A stretch of DNA of 64,000 nucleotides from the NCBI GenBank assembly GCA_003214615.1, contig QCLK01000004.1:36301-100300 (forward strand). The letters run 5' to 3'. The number at the start of each line of letters is the position of its first letter. Within the stretch, counting starts at the first letter, position 1. The notes beneath the pieces were generated by a model. That model was not told the origin of the DNA, did not search any database, and was given only the letters and a program-made list of their open reading frames with translations. A program made the translations under genes and the position numbers. Positions 32,580 to 44,322 of the stretch are shown in pieces. Origin of the DNA: Pelagibacteraceae bacterium AG-414-E02 (GTDB lineage: Bacteria > Pseudomonadota > Alphaproteobacteria > Pelagibacterales > Pelagibacteraceae).

Positions 32580-35354
32580 TTAGTGGGCTTCTCCCCAATT
32601 AATACCCGAGTTTATATTAACTTCTAATGGAATTGAAAACATGTGATGTTCGGATTTTGAAATTGATACCATTGCTTCTTTGATAGTTTTTTTTACATAT
32701 TCCTCATCTTTTTCTGAGCACTCAAATATAAGTTCATCATGTATTTGCAATAACATCTTTGTTTGTAATTTTTTATCTTCTTCTATTAATTTATTTATCT
32801 TTATCATTGCTAACCTAATAATATCTGCTGCAGAACCCTGTATCGGAGCATTAATTGCTGCTCTTTCTTGAAAACTTCTAATACTAAAATTTTTATCATT
32901 AATGCCCCTAAGATGAATTCTTCTGCCAAAAATATTGCTGACATAACCTTGTTTTCTGCATGCCCTTATTGTCGAATTCATATAGTCTTTTATTTGAGGA
33001 AATTTTTTAAAGTAAGAATTTATGAAATCTAAAGCTTCTTGATTTGAAACTGAAATTTGTTTAGCTAATCCATACTGAGTAATGCCATAAATGATGCCAA
33101 AATTAATTGTTTTTGCTTTTCTCCTAAGATCATCGCTTACTTTTTTGATAGGTACATTAAAAACCTGGCTTGCAGTCAAACTATGGATGTCTTCATTATT
33201 TTTAAAAGCTTTTTTTAACTCTTTTACATCAGCCATATCAGCTAAAATTCTCATCTCTATTTGATTGTAGTCAGCAGAAATTAAAATATTCTTTTTATCT
33301 GCTATAAAAGCTTTTCTAATTTCTTTCCCTTCATCTGACTTAATTGGAATATTTTGTAAATTTGGATCGCTTGAGGCGAGTCTACCAGTATTCGTAGCGG
33401 CCAATAAGAAAGATGTGTGCACTCTTTTTGTTTTCTTACTTATATGGTCTTGTAATGCGTCTGAATAAGTATTTTTAAGCTTTGAAATTTGTCTCCATTC
33501 TAAAACTAAATTGGGAAATTTATGTCCTGCATGAGCAAGATCTTCGAGAATATTAGCACTCGTTGCCAAACTTCCCTTTCTTGTTTTTTTTAATTTAGCA
33601 ATTTTAAGTTCATTGTAGATTATTTCACCTAATTGTTTTGGCGAACCAATATTGAATTCTTTGCCGGCTATTGAGTATATTTTTTTTTCTATATTTTTTA
33701 ATTTTTCTTCAAAATTTTTAGAAAGCTTTTTAAGATATATATCGTCAACCTTGATGCCATTAAACTCCAACTTAGAAAGCAATTTTACCATAGGTTTTTC
33801 AAAAGACTCGTAAACTTTATTCAGCTTTTCCTCGTCAAGCCTTGTCTTAAGATGATTGTAAAGTCTTAATGTTACATCCGCATCTTCAGCTGCATATTCT
33901 GTAGCTTTGTCTAGTGCTATATCAGAAAAATTTAATTTATTTTTTCCTGTACCAACCAATTCCTTATAAGAAATAGTTTTATGATTTAAGTGAATTTCAG
34001 ATAATGTATCTAGATTATGTCTATTAGTTCCAGCATCTAATGTATATGAAATTAGCATTGTGTCTTCTATGGGATTAATTTCAATATTATTTTGGCTAAG
34101 AACAAGAAAATCAAATTTAATATTTTGCCCAACTTTTTTTATACTAGGGTCTTCTAAGATTGGTTTAATTTTTTTCAACACTATTTCCTTTTTTAAACCT
34201 TTAATATTTTTGTGAGCTAATGGAATATAACAAGCCTTGTTTGGAGCATAACTAAATGAAACGCCAACAAGATTAGCATCTAAAGGATTAAGTGAGGAAG
34301 TTTCTGTGTCAACGGCTATAATCGATTGTTCGTTTAAAATTTTTATCCATTTGTCTAAAACTTTTTCATCTGTAATGCTTTCGTAATCCTTAACATTTAT
34401 TGTATCTGATTTTATTTTATAATTACTTGATGTAATTTTTTTAACATTCGTTTCACCATAAAAATTTATCACCCTACTAAGTAATTTATTAAACTCCATT
34501 TCTCTCAAAAAATCGTAAAGTTTATCTTTTTGAACTTCTTTTAAAATAAAGCTATTTGGATCATCTTTAATTGGAACGTCGTCTTTAAGAGTAACTAACT
34601 TTTTACTTAGAAGAGCTTTATCTTTATTTGCTAGTAATGTTTCTCTCCTTTTATTTTGAGGAATCTCTCCAGCTTTTTTCAATAAAGTGTCTAATGTTTT
34701 ATATTTATTGATAAGTTCAGAAGCTGTCTTTATGCCTATACCAGGAACGCCAGGAATATTATCTGAGGAATCTCCAGCAAGTGACTGTACATCAATAACT
34801 TGGTCGGGTTTAACTCCAAATTTTTCTATGACTTCCTTTTCGCCCAAGACCTTATTTTTCATAGGATCATATAATCTAATACTATCCTCTGAAACTAGTT
34901 GCATTAGATCCTTGTCAGATGAAATAACTGTTACTTTAGCTCCCGCATTTGTAATTTGTTTTGCATAAGTTGCTATCAAATCATCAGCTTCATAATTAGA
35001 CAGTTCTATCGATGGCAAATTAAATGCTTTAACAGATTTTCTAATATATTCAAATTGAGGAGCAAGGTCCTCGGGTGCCTCAGTTCTATTAGCTTTGTAA
35101 TCTTTATAAATATCATTTCTAAAATTTTTTCTTGCTGAATCAAAGATTACGGCAAAATGTGTTGGCTTATTATTTGAATCGTCAGATCTTGCTTCTTCTA
35201 ATAATTTAAATAACATAGAACAAAATCCACTTACTGCCCCGGTTGGTAAACCATCGCTTTTTCTAGAAAGTGGCGGCAATGCATAATATGCTCTAAATAT
35301 ATATCCCGAACCATCAATCAGGTAAAAATGGTCAGTTTTTTTTATGGAATTCAT
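32580..35354 (-). CDS. polA: DNA polymerase I
   Basis: 924 aa with a 5' nuclease, a 3'-5' exo region and polymerase motifs DYNQIEMRILA, RRKAKTINFGIIYG and QIHDEL. Confidence 0.95.
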   Translation of the reverse strand: MNSIKKTDHFYLIDGSGYIFRAYYALPPLSRKSDGLPTGAVSGFCSMLFKLLEEARSDDSNNKPTHFAVIFDSARKNFRNDIYKDYKANRTEAPEDLAPQFEYIRKSVKAFNLPSIELSNYEADDLIATYAKQITNAGAKVTVISSDKDLMQLVSEDSIRLYDPMKNKVLGEKEVIEKFGVKPDQVIDVQSLAGDSSDNIPGVPGIGIKTASELINKYKTLDTLLKKAGEIPQNKRRETLLANKDKALLSKKLVTLKDDVPIKDDPNSFILKEVQKDKLYDFLREMEFNKLLSRVINFYGETNVKKITSSNYKIKSDTINVKDYESITDEKVLDKWIKILNEQSIIAVDTETSSLNPLDANLVGVSFSYAPNKACYIPLAHKNIKGLKKEIVLKKIKPILEDPSIKKVGQNIKFDFLVLSQNNIEINPIEDTMLISYTLDAGTNRHNLDTLSEIHLNHKTISYKELVGTGKNKLNFSDIALDKATEYAAEDADVTLRLYNHLKTRLDEEKLNKVYESFEKPMVKLLSKLEFNGIKVDDIYLKKLSKNFEEKLKNIEKKIYSIAGKEFNIGSPKQLGEIIYNELKIAKLKKTRKGSLATSANILEDLAHAGHKFPNLVLEWRQISKLKNTYSDALQDHISKKTKRVHTSFLLAATNTGRLASSDPNLQNIPIKSDEGKEIRKAFIADKKNILISADYNQIEMRILADMADVKELKKAFKNNEDIHSLTASQVFNVPIKKVSDDLRRKAKTINFGIIYGITQYGLAKQISVSNQEALDFINSYFKKFPQIKDYMNSTIRACRKQGYVSNIFGRRIHLRGINDKNFSIRSFQERAAINAPIQGSAADIIRLAMIKINKLIEEDKKLQTKMLLQIHDELIFECSEKDEEYVKKTIKEAMVSISKSEHHMFSIPLEVNINSGINWGEAH

Positions 35355-35410
35355 AGATTAATATAAACCTATTTTAATTACTGTTAAGGATATATAAAAG
35401 CTAAATCATT

Positions 35411-36340
35411 ATGGATAAAAAAAACGCATTAAAAGTAGAAAATTTAACCAAAATTTATTCAAAAAAAACTGCAAATGTGATTAGAGCGTTGAATAATTTA
35501 AACTTGGAAGTGAAAGTAGGTGAAATTTTTGGGCTGCTTGGGCCTAATGGAGCTGGAAAAACTACTTTTCTAAGTATTCTAGCGGGAACAGTTATAAAAA
35601 ATTCTGGAAGCGTCAATGTTTGGGGTTATGATTTAGATAAAGATCCTCGCCAAGTCAGATCCTCAATTGGAATTGTACCCCAAGAAGTAAATTTAGATGC
35701 ATTTTTTAGTCCAAAAAATCTTTTAGAACTTCAAGCTGGATTATACGGCATACCAAAAAAAGATAGAATAACTGACACAATATTAAAATTAGTTTCTCTT
35801 GAAAAACAAGCAAACTCCTATGCAAGAAGTTTATCAGGTGGTATGAAAAGAAGATTATTAATTGCTAAAGCAATGGTACATAGACCTCCTATTTTAGTTT
35901 TGGATGAGCCCACAGCAGGGGTTGATGTTGAATTGCGTCACAACTTGTGGAACAACGTAAGAGACCTGAATAAGCAAGGGGTAACTATTATATTAACTAC
36001 TCACGTAATTTCAGAAGCTCAAGAAATGTGTGATAGAATAGCAATTTTAAATAAAGGAAATTTAGTCAAACTAGATACGACAAATAATTTATTAAATAGC
36101 ATTCAAACTAAAAAAATAATTTTTAAAGTAAAAAAAACAAACAAAATTAATCTAGAAAATCAAAATGGGATGAAATTTTCTTATAACTCGGATAATGAAA
36201 TTGTTGTTTCTTATGAAAGAAAGAAACATAAAATAGATGAAATAATTAGCAAAATAAAAAATGCAGGAATAGAAATCTACGATATTTCAACTGATGAAGG
36301 TAATTTAGAGGACGTATTTATTGATCTGACAAAAAGCTAG
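35411..36340 (+). CDS. ABC transporter ATP-binding protein (ABC-2/drug-exporter-type)
   Basis: 309 aa with GLLGPNGAGKTT, LSGGMKRRL, LVLDEPTAGVD and a C-terminal accessory domain. No permease gene is adjacent. Confidence 0.8.
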   Translation: MDKKNALKVENLTKIYSKKTANVIRALNNLNLEVKVGEIFGLLGPNGAGKTTFLSILAGTVIKNSGSVNVWGYDLDKDPRQVRSSIGIVPQEVNLDAFFSPKNLLELQAGLYGIPKKDRITDTILKLVSLEKQANSYARSLSGGMKRRLLIAKAMVHRPPILVLDEPTAGVDVELRHNLWNNVRDLNKQGVTIILTTHVISEAQEMCDRIAILNKGNLVKLDTTNNLLNSIQTKKIIFKVKKTNKINLENQNGMKFSYNSDNEIVVSYERKKHKIDEIISKIKNAGIEIYDISTDEGNLEDVFIDLTKS

Positions 36341-36371
36341 ATTTGATTAGAAAAAGTTGTATTGTATTAAT

Positions 36372-36935
36372 ATGGAAGCAATTAAAAAAAATGAAAAGAT
36401 AGAAAAAATTATAAAACTAATACTACTATCTTTGTTAGGTTCTATTCTTATTACTATATCTGCAAAAATAAAAATTCCTTTTTATCCTGTACCCATGACC
36501 ATGCAAACTTTTGTAATTTTGCTTATTGGAATAGCTTTTGGTTATAAAATAGGTATCGCAACTGTTTCGCTTTATTTATTAGAAGGAATAGTTGGTTTGC
36601 CAGTATTTTCAAACTCACCAGAAAAAGGAATTGGTTTGGCATACTTCGTGGGTCCTACTATGGGTTATCTTATTGGATTTTTGGTTGCTGTTTACTTTGC
36701 TGGTTTATTTAAATATGACAAGGGATTAATAAACACTTTCTTAAAATTGATATTTTCTGTAAGTTTTATTTATATACTTGGTTTGATTTGGTTAGGCATA
36801 TTAATTGGGTGGGATAAACCAATATTTAAACTAGGTGCTCAACCTTTTTTACTAGCTGAATTATTTAAAATTTTATTATTAATGTTTTTGACACCAGCCT
36901 TGTTAAAAACAAAAAAATTAATGAAAATTACTTAG
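36372..36935 (+). CDS. bioY: biotin transporter BioY (S component)
   Basis: IPFYPVPMTMQTFVILLIG... is typical BioY. The start is taken at ATG 36372 (MEAIKK...). Confidence 0.85.
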   Translation: MEAIKKNEKIEKIIKLILLSLLGSILITISAKIKIPFYPVPMTMQTFVILLIGIAFGYKIGIATVSLYLLEGIVGLPVFSNSPEKGIGLAYFVGPTMGYLIGFLVAVYFAGLFKYDKGLINTFLKLIFSVSFIYILGLIWLGILIGWDKPIFKLGAQPFLLAELFKILLLMFLTPALLKTKKLMKIT

Positions 36936-37500
36936 GCGATCTTTTAGAAAGAATTCTTTGTAAGGTTCTACGATGCATTTTTAATCTACGTGCTGTTTCC
37001 GAAACATTTCTGTTGCATAATTCAAAAACTCTATGAATATGTTCCCATTTGACTCTATCAGCAGACATAGGATTTTCCGGAGGAACAGCTTTTGCTTCTG
37101 GAAATGCCAAAAGAGCATTTTCTACATCATCAGCGTCAGCAGGCTTAGGAATATAGTCGATTGCTCCCGCTTTAACCGCTGCAACTGCAGTAGGTATATT
37201 TCCATATCCTGTTAACATTACTATTTTACTATCTCTTTTTAATTTTCGAATCTCTTTTACCACCTCTAAACCGTTTCCATCACCTAGACGCAAATCAATG
37301 ACGGCAAACGCTGGAGGTGTATTTTGTGCTACACTTATCCCCTGTTTCACACTATCTGCCTGGACGACTGTAAAACCCTTCTTTTCAAGGGCTCGTGCCA
37401 ATCTATCTCTTAACGGATTATCATCATCTACAATAAGTAGCGATTTATCAGCATAATCAGCGATTTTTTGCCTGTTTTTTCCTTCTTGTTCTGTTCTCAT
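36928..37500 (-). CDS. regA: redox response regulator RegA/PrrA/ActR
   Basis: 190 aa with a receiver domain and a highly conserved Fis-type HTH tail, NVSETARRLKMHRRTLQRILSKRSPK. Confidence 0.85.
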   Translation of the reverse strand: MRTEQEGKNRQKIADYADKSLLIVDDDNPLRDRLARALEKKGFTVVQADSVKQGISVAQNTPPAFAVIDLRLGDGNGLEVVKEIRKLKRDSKIVMLTGYGNIPTAVAAVKAGAIDYIPKPADADDVENALLAFPEAKAVPPENPMSADRVKWEHIHRVFELCNRNVSETARRLKMHRRTLQRILSKRSPK

Positions 37501-37690
37501 TTTTTTATTTTTAAAATTTAATCTATCACATATATAAGTTCAAAAAAAAAAATTTAAAGAGCATAAATTCTGACGACATATTTCCTTAGATTATTTGTTG
37601 ACATTACTTCTCATTTCTATAAAAAACGAAATTAAGAAGTTTTTTTTTAAATTTTTTATTTTTTATTAATTAAAAAAGAGGATTGATGAG

Positions 37691-38869
37691 ATGCAAAAAT
37701 TTAATTCGGTTGATGAACTGGTTAATACCATTCGACCAGTAGATCCGATTTATTGCATAAGACCTAATTCAATTAAAACAGCCTGCAACTGGTTTAAGAG
37801 TAACTTTCCAGGAAATATTTTATACGCTGTAAAAACAAATCCAAGTGAAAAAGTAGTAAAGTACGTTGGTGAAAATGGTATAAATAGGTTTGATGTAGCA
37901 TCCATTAACGAAATTAAATTAATTAGAAAAATTTTCCCTGAGGCTAAAGCCTACTACATGAATACCGTTAAAAGTCGTGAACACATTCAAGAGGCTTATT
38001 TTAATTACAATATTAAAGATTTCGCTTTTGATACAAAAGATGAACTACAAAAAATTATTGAGGCAACTAAATATGCTAAGGATTTAGTTTTATACGTTAG
38101 AGTTTCTATTTCAAATGAACACGCAGAAATTGACTTATCACAAAAATTTGGAGCGCTTCCAAGCGAGGCTCTTGGTTTGCTTCGTTTGGCTAAAGCACAT
38201 GCAAAAAAAGTTGGTTTAAGTTTTCATGTAGGTTCTCAATGCATGCATCCAATTTCTTATGCTAAAGGAATTAGAGATTTGGGAAATGTAATTAGAAAAA
38301 CAAAAATAATTCCTGATATAATAAATGTTGGTGGAGGATTCCCTTCTATTTACCCAGACTTAAATCCACAACCTCTTGAAAGCTACATCACAGAAATCAA
38401 AAAAGCTTTCGAAAATTTAAAATTACAAAACAAGCCTGAATTGCTATGTGAGCCAGGAAGAGCGCTTGTTGCAGAAAGTGGGTCTTCAATTGTGAGAGTT
38501 GTTTTGAGAAAGAAACAAAAACTTTACATTAATGATGGTACTTATGGCAGCTTATTTGATGCGGGCATTCCAAACTTCGTAATGCCTACAAGAATGATAC
38601 CAAACGGTAGGATGACTTCTAAAAAACTCACTTCTTATAGTTTGTATGGCCCAACTTGCGATAGTATAGATCATATGAAAGGTCCTTTTGTGTTACCAAA
38701 TAATTTAAAAGAAGGAGATTACATTGAAATTGGTCAACTAGGAGCATATTCATTAACCTTCAGAACTAAATTTAATGGTTTTTATTCTAATCAAATTTTT
38801 GAAATTCAAGACAAACCTATAATGTCTATGTACGAAAGGGATAGTTCCTCCAGTTATCTTGTTGCTTAA
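37691..38869 (+). CDS. group IV PLP-dependent ornithine (lysine/arginine?) decarboxylase
   Basis: 392 aa with LYAVKTNP (PLP lysine), HVGSQ, GGGFP, CEPGRALV and YGPTCDSID (eukaryote-type ODC fold). Confidence 0.8.
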   Translation: MQKFNSVDELVNTIRPVDPIYCIRPNSIKTACNWFKSNFPGNILYAVKTNPSEKVVKYVGENGINRFDVASINEIKLIRKIFPEAKAYYMNTVKSREHIQEAYFNYNIKDFAFDTKDELQKIIEATKYAKDLVLYVRVSISNEHAEIDLSQKFGALPSEALGLLRLAKAHAKKVGLSFHVGSQCMHPISYAKGIRDLGNVIRKTKIIPDIINVGGGFPSIYPDLNPQPLESYITEIKKAFENLKLQNKPELLCEPGRALVAESGSSIVRVVLRKKQKLYINDGTYGSLFDAGIPNFVMPTRMIPNGRMTSKKLTSYSLYGPTCDSIDHMKGPFVLPNNLKEGDYIEIGQLGAYSLTFRTKFNGFYSNQIFEIQDKPIMSMYERDSSSSYLVA

Positions 38870-39916
38870 ATGAATAACCCAAAAAATCCGAAGTTGGGTC
38901 ATAATAAGAAGACCTTTCTAGAAAAACCTGTTGAACACATAGATATTACATCTTTTGATTCAAGAAAAATTATAGAGTCTATGGATAAAATGTCTTTTAC
39001 TTCAAGAGACACCGCCAAAGCATCAAAAATTTTTAACGAAATGCTGTCTGACAAAAATTGTACGATTTTTTTAACCTTGGCTGGCTCAACTTCTGCTGCA
39101 GGATGCATGAAAATATATTCTGATATGATTAAATACAATATGGTGGACGTAATAGTTGCAACTGGAGCCTCAATTATCGATATGGATTTTTTTGAAGCCA
39201 TAGGTTTTAGACATTATCAAGGATCACAATTTCAAGATGATAATATTTTGAGGGAAAACTATATTGATCGAATATATGATACCTATATCGACGAGGAGCA
39301 ACTGCAGGCCTGTGATAAGGTCATATGTGATATAGCAGATAGTTTAGAACCAAAACCTTATACTTCAAGAGAATTTATAAAAGAGATTGGGAAATACCTA
39401 AAAACTAACGCAAAAAAAAAGGGCTCATTAATTGAAACTGCATATGACAACAACATTCCCATATTTTGCCCAGCTTTTACCGACTCAAGCGCTGGATTTG
39501 GATTAGTTATGCACCAGGAAAAAAATCCGAAAAAATATATAACTATTGACTCTATTAGAGAGTTCAGAGAACTGACCGAAATCAAGATAAAATCAAAATC
39601 TTCTGGTCTCTTTATGATTGGCGGTGGAGTTCCAAAAAATTTTGTACAAGATACGGTTGTTTGTGCTGAACTTTTAGGTAAAAATATTGATATGCATAAA
39701 TATGCGGTTCAAATTACGGTTGCGGACTCTAGAGATGGTGCTTGTAGCAGCTCTACCCTTAAAGAAGCAAGTTCATGGGGAAAAGTCGATACATCAAAAG
39801 AGCAAATGGTTTTTGCAGAAGCTACTAGTGTTCTGCCTCTTATAGCCAGCGACGCATACCATCGTAATCAGTGGAAAGAAAGAAATCGTAAAAATTTTTC
39901 GAACATATTCGGTTAG
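38870..39916 (+). CDS. deoxyhypusine synthase-like protein (candidate homospermidine synthase)
   Basis: 348 aa with ...IFLTLAGSTSAAGCMK...VDVIVATGASIIDMDFFEA...GGGVPKNF...SSWGK, the DHS-family layout. There is zero-nt spacing to the upstream decarboxylase gene. Confidence 0.75.
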   Translation: MNNPKNPKLGHNKKTFLEKPVEHIDITSFDSRKIIESMDKMSFTSRDTAKASKIFNEMLSDKNCTIFLTLAGSTSAAGCMKIYSDMIKYNMVDVIVATGASIIDMDFFEAIGFRHYQGSQFQDDNILRENYIDRIYDTYIDEEQLQACDKVICDIADSLEPKPYTSREFIKEIGKYLKTNAKKKGSLIETAYDNNIPIFCPAFTDSSAGFGLVMHQEKNPKKYITIDSIREFRELTEIKIKSKSSGLFMIGGGVPKNFVQDTVVCAELLGKNIDMHKYAVQITVADSRDGACSSSTLKEASSWGKVDTSKEQMVFAEATSVLPLIASDAYHRNQWKERNRKNFSNIFG

Positions 39917-39919
39917 AAA

Positions 39920-40810
39920 TTGAAATATCTTTCAAATAAAAAAGGGTTTCTTGGAACAGATAACAAAAATAATATTAAAGAAAAAGTTGTTGTAGTTCCT
40001 TTTGGACTAGAAAAAACTGTTAGTTATGGCGGAGGAACAAATAGAGGTCCCAAAGAAATAATTAAAGCCTCCTATCAAGTAGAGCTTTTTGATGAAGATT
40101 TAAATAAAGAACCTTACAAGAATATTGGAATAAAAACCTTGCAACCATTCCCAATAAAAAAAAATATAATAGATGCCCTTAAACAAATAGAAAATATAAA
40201 TAAAATTTTATTAGATAAAAATAAATTTCCATTAGTTTTAGGAGGGGAACACTCTTTAACTCCTGGTGCAATTAAACCATTTATAAGAAAGTTCAAGAAA
40301 ATATGTTTATTACATTTTGATGCACACGCTGACCTAAGAAATAGTTACAATGGTAACAAATTTTCCCACGCATCTGCCATAAGAAGATGTTTGGATAATC
40401 CTGGTGTCAGTCTGATTTCTTTTGGAATAAGAAACATTTCTTCAAATGAAATACATTTTTTAAAAAAAAATAAAAAAAGAATAAAAATTTTTTGGGCAAA
40501 AGATAAAAAAAAATGGAATTTAGGTGAATTTAAAAAAATGATAAAAAATAAAAAAGTATACTTAACCTTTGATGTTGATGGTTTGGATGCCAGTTTAATG
40601 CCTGCAACAGGAACGCCAGAACCCGGTGGTCTATTTTGGGACGAAACAATTAATATAATAAAAATTGCAGCTCAATCTTCGAATATTGTCGGAGCAGATG
40701 TAAATGAATTGTCTCCTATTAAAGGATTTGACTCTTATAATTTTTTAGCTGCAAAACTTGTATATAAAATAATTTCCTACTCTTTTGAATTTAAGAAAAA
40801 AACTATATAG
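39920..40810 (+). CDS. speB: agmatinase / arginase-family ureohydrolase
   Basis: 296 aa with GGEHSLTPG, HFDAHADLR, SFGIRN, TFDVDGLD and E..P..G Mn-binding blocks. It has a TTG start. Confidence 0.75.
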   Translation: MKYLSNKKGFLGTDNKNNIKEKVVVVPFGLEKTVSYGGGTNRGPKEIIKASYQVELFDEDLNKEPYKNIGIKTLQPFPIKKNIIDALKQIENINKILLDKNKFPLVLGGEHSLTPGAIKPFIRKFKKICLLHFDAHADLRNSYNGNKFSHASAIRRCLDNPGVSLISFGIRNISSNEIHFLKKNKKRIKIFWAKDKKKWNLGEFKKMIKNKKVYLTFDVDGLDASLMPATGTPEPGGLFWDETINIIKIAAQSSNIVGADVNELSPIKGFDSYNFLAAKLVYKIISYSFEFKKKTI

Positions 40811-42089
40811 ATAACAGATCTTTTGTATGCCATTTAACAGTTACCATAGCTCCTTTTGTGTTTGGAGATTTTTCGAATTTAACATTTGCCTTCATCCTTT
40901 CTAATAAAGTTTTTCCAATAAAGGTTCCTAGTCCCAAACCTGATTTTGAACTTATGATCTTATTTTTGGAGCGTATATAAGGTTCGCCTAATACATTTAA
41001 AATATCTTCTGAAAAACCTGGCCCATCGTCACATATTTTTACTTCGGTAATTTTATTATTACTTTCTAAACTAATATCAACAGACGTATCGCTATACTTG
41101 ACTGCATTACCTATAAAATTTCTTAAGCCATAAGTAATTTCTAATGTTCTTTCAATTTGGGGGTTTAGTTCGTTTTTTTCAGCAAATAAAGATAATTTTT
41201 TTTCTGAAATTTCAGAAAATGATCTTACAATTTCGTTCAGTAGTTCTTCTATTTTTATATTAGATAAAAAATTATCTTCTTTTAATTGGTCCTTTGAAAG
41301 ATTCTTCAAAATATCCGAACATCTTTTAGTTTGTGACATGAGTAAGTTTATGTCTTTTAAATACTTAGGATCTTTTCCAATTTCTTTTTCTAATTCTTTA
41401 GCAACTACTGTAATTGTAGATAAAGGTGTTCCCAGCGAATGAGCGGCCGCTGCAGACTGTAAACCTATTGATTCTAGCTCATGTTCCTTTGCTAAAATAA
41501 GCTCTAGTTTATTTAAAGCTTCAGTTCTTTTTCTGGATTCTATCCCGAATCTAACTCCAAAGTAAGTTAAAAAAATTAACGTTATAATTATAGCCATTGG
41601 TAAAGCATACAAATAAGTATCTGGTACGTGAAAATGAAGTTCACCGTAATGAGGTAAGGGTAAATTATAAATAGTTAAAAATATTAAAATTATTACCGTG
41701 GCAACGGACAAATTTATTGTACTTTTTAAATTTAAAAAAGTTGAAGATACTATTGCAGGAACAATTAATAAAATTGCAAAGGGATTTGTTATACCACCTG
41801 TTAAATATAATAATAAAGATAATTGAATAAGATCATAAAATAGAAAAAAAGTTGAAGCAAAATTATTCAACTGATTTTTATTAAATTTAAATTGTAAATA
41901 TAAATTAGTTAAAACACCGATTAAAATAACAAGAGAGCAATAAAAAAAAGGAAGCTCAAATTTAAAAATAAAAAAAACAATACTTATTGTTAAATACTGT
42001 CCGATCAAAGCTATCCATCTTAGAATAACTAAAGTTTTTTTGTCTAATTGTATATTATCTTTCGATGTAAAAAATTCCGAAAAATTCAT
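40803..42089 (-). CDS. regB: redox sensor histidine kinase RegB/PrrB/ActS
   Basis: 428 aa with six TM segments, quinone-site motif GGITNPF, H-box AAAAHSLGTPL and an ATPase domain GLGLGTFIGKTLLE. Confidence 0.8.
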   Translation of the reverse strand: MNFSEFFTSKDNIQLDKKTLVILRWIALIGQYLTISIVFFIFKFELPFFYCSLVILIGVLTNLYLQFKFNKNQLNNFASTFFLFYDLIQLSLLLYLTGGITNPFAILLIVPAIVSSTFLNLKSTINLSVATVIILIFLTIYNLPLPHYGELHFHVPDTYLYALPMAIIITLIFLTYFGVRFGIESRKRTEALNKLELILAKEHELESIGLQSAAAAHSLGTPLSTITVVAKELEKEIGKDPKYLKDINLLMSQTKRCSDILKNLSKDQLKEDNFLSNIKIEELLNEIVRSFSEISEKKLSLFAEKNELNPQIERTLEITYGLRNFIGNAVKYSDTSVDISLESNNKITEVKICDDGPGFSEDILNVLGEPYIRSKNKIISSKSGLGLGTFIGKTLLERMKANVKFEKSPNTKGAMVTVKWHTKDLLSI

Positions 42090-42096
42090 TCGGAAA

Positions 42097-44184
<2,088 letters not shown>

Positions 44185-44322
44185 TTATTAAGTTACATTT
44201 TAACATTTTTTTTAATCTAATTAAATCTGCGGCAAATCTGTTGCTTAAATTTTCGTTGGTATTAAATGGTTACTTAATGAAAAAAATAATAATAATCTAA
44301 TATCGACTTTGTTCAAAATAAA

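Noticed and set aside
36928-37500. Noticeably higher GC of regA (about 40%) as a sign of horizontal transfer
   Set aside because: RegA is one of the most conserved alphaproteobacterial proteins. Other highly conserved genes here, such as atpD, show the same GC elevation, so amino-acid constraint explains it.
37598-37623. TTGACA ... TATAAA promoter upstream of the decarboxylase operon
   Set aside because: The spacer is only 14 nt (16 nt only if the weaker TAAAAA is used). That is too weak to report as a feature without TSS data.
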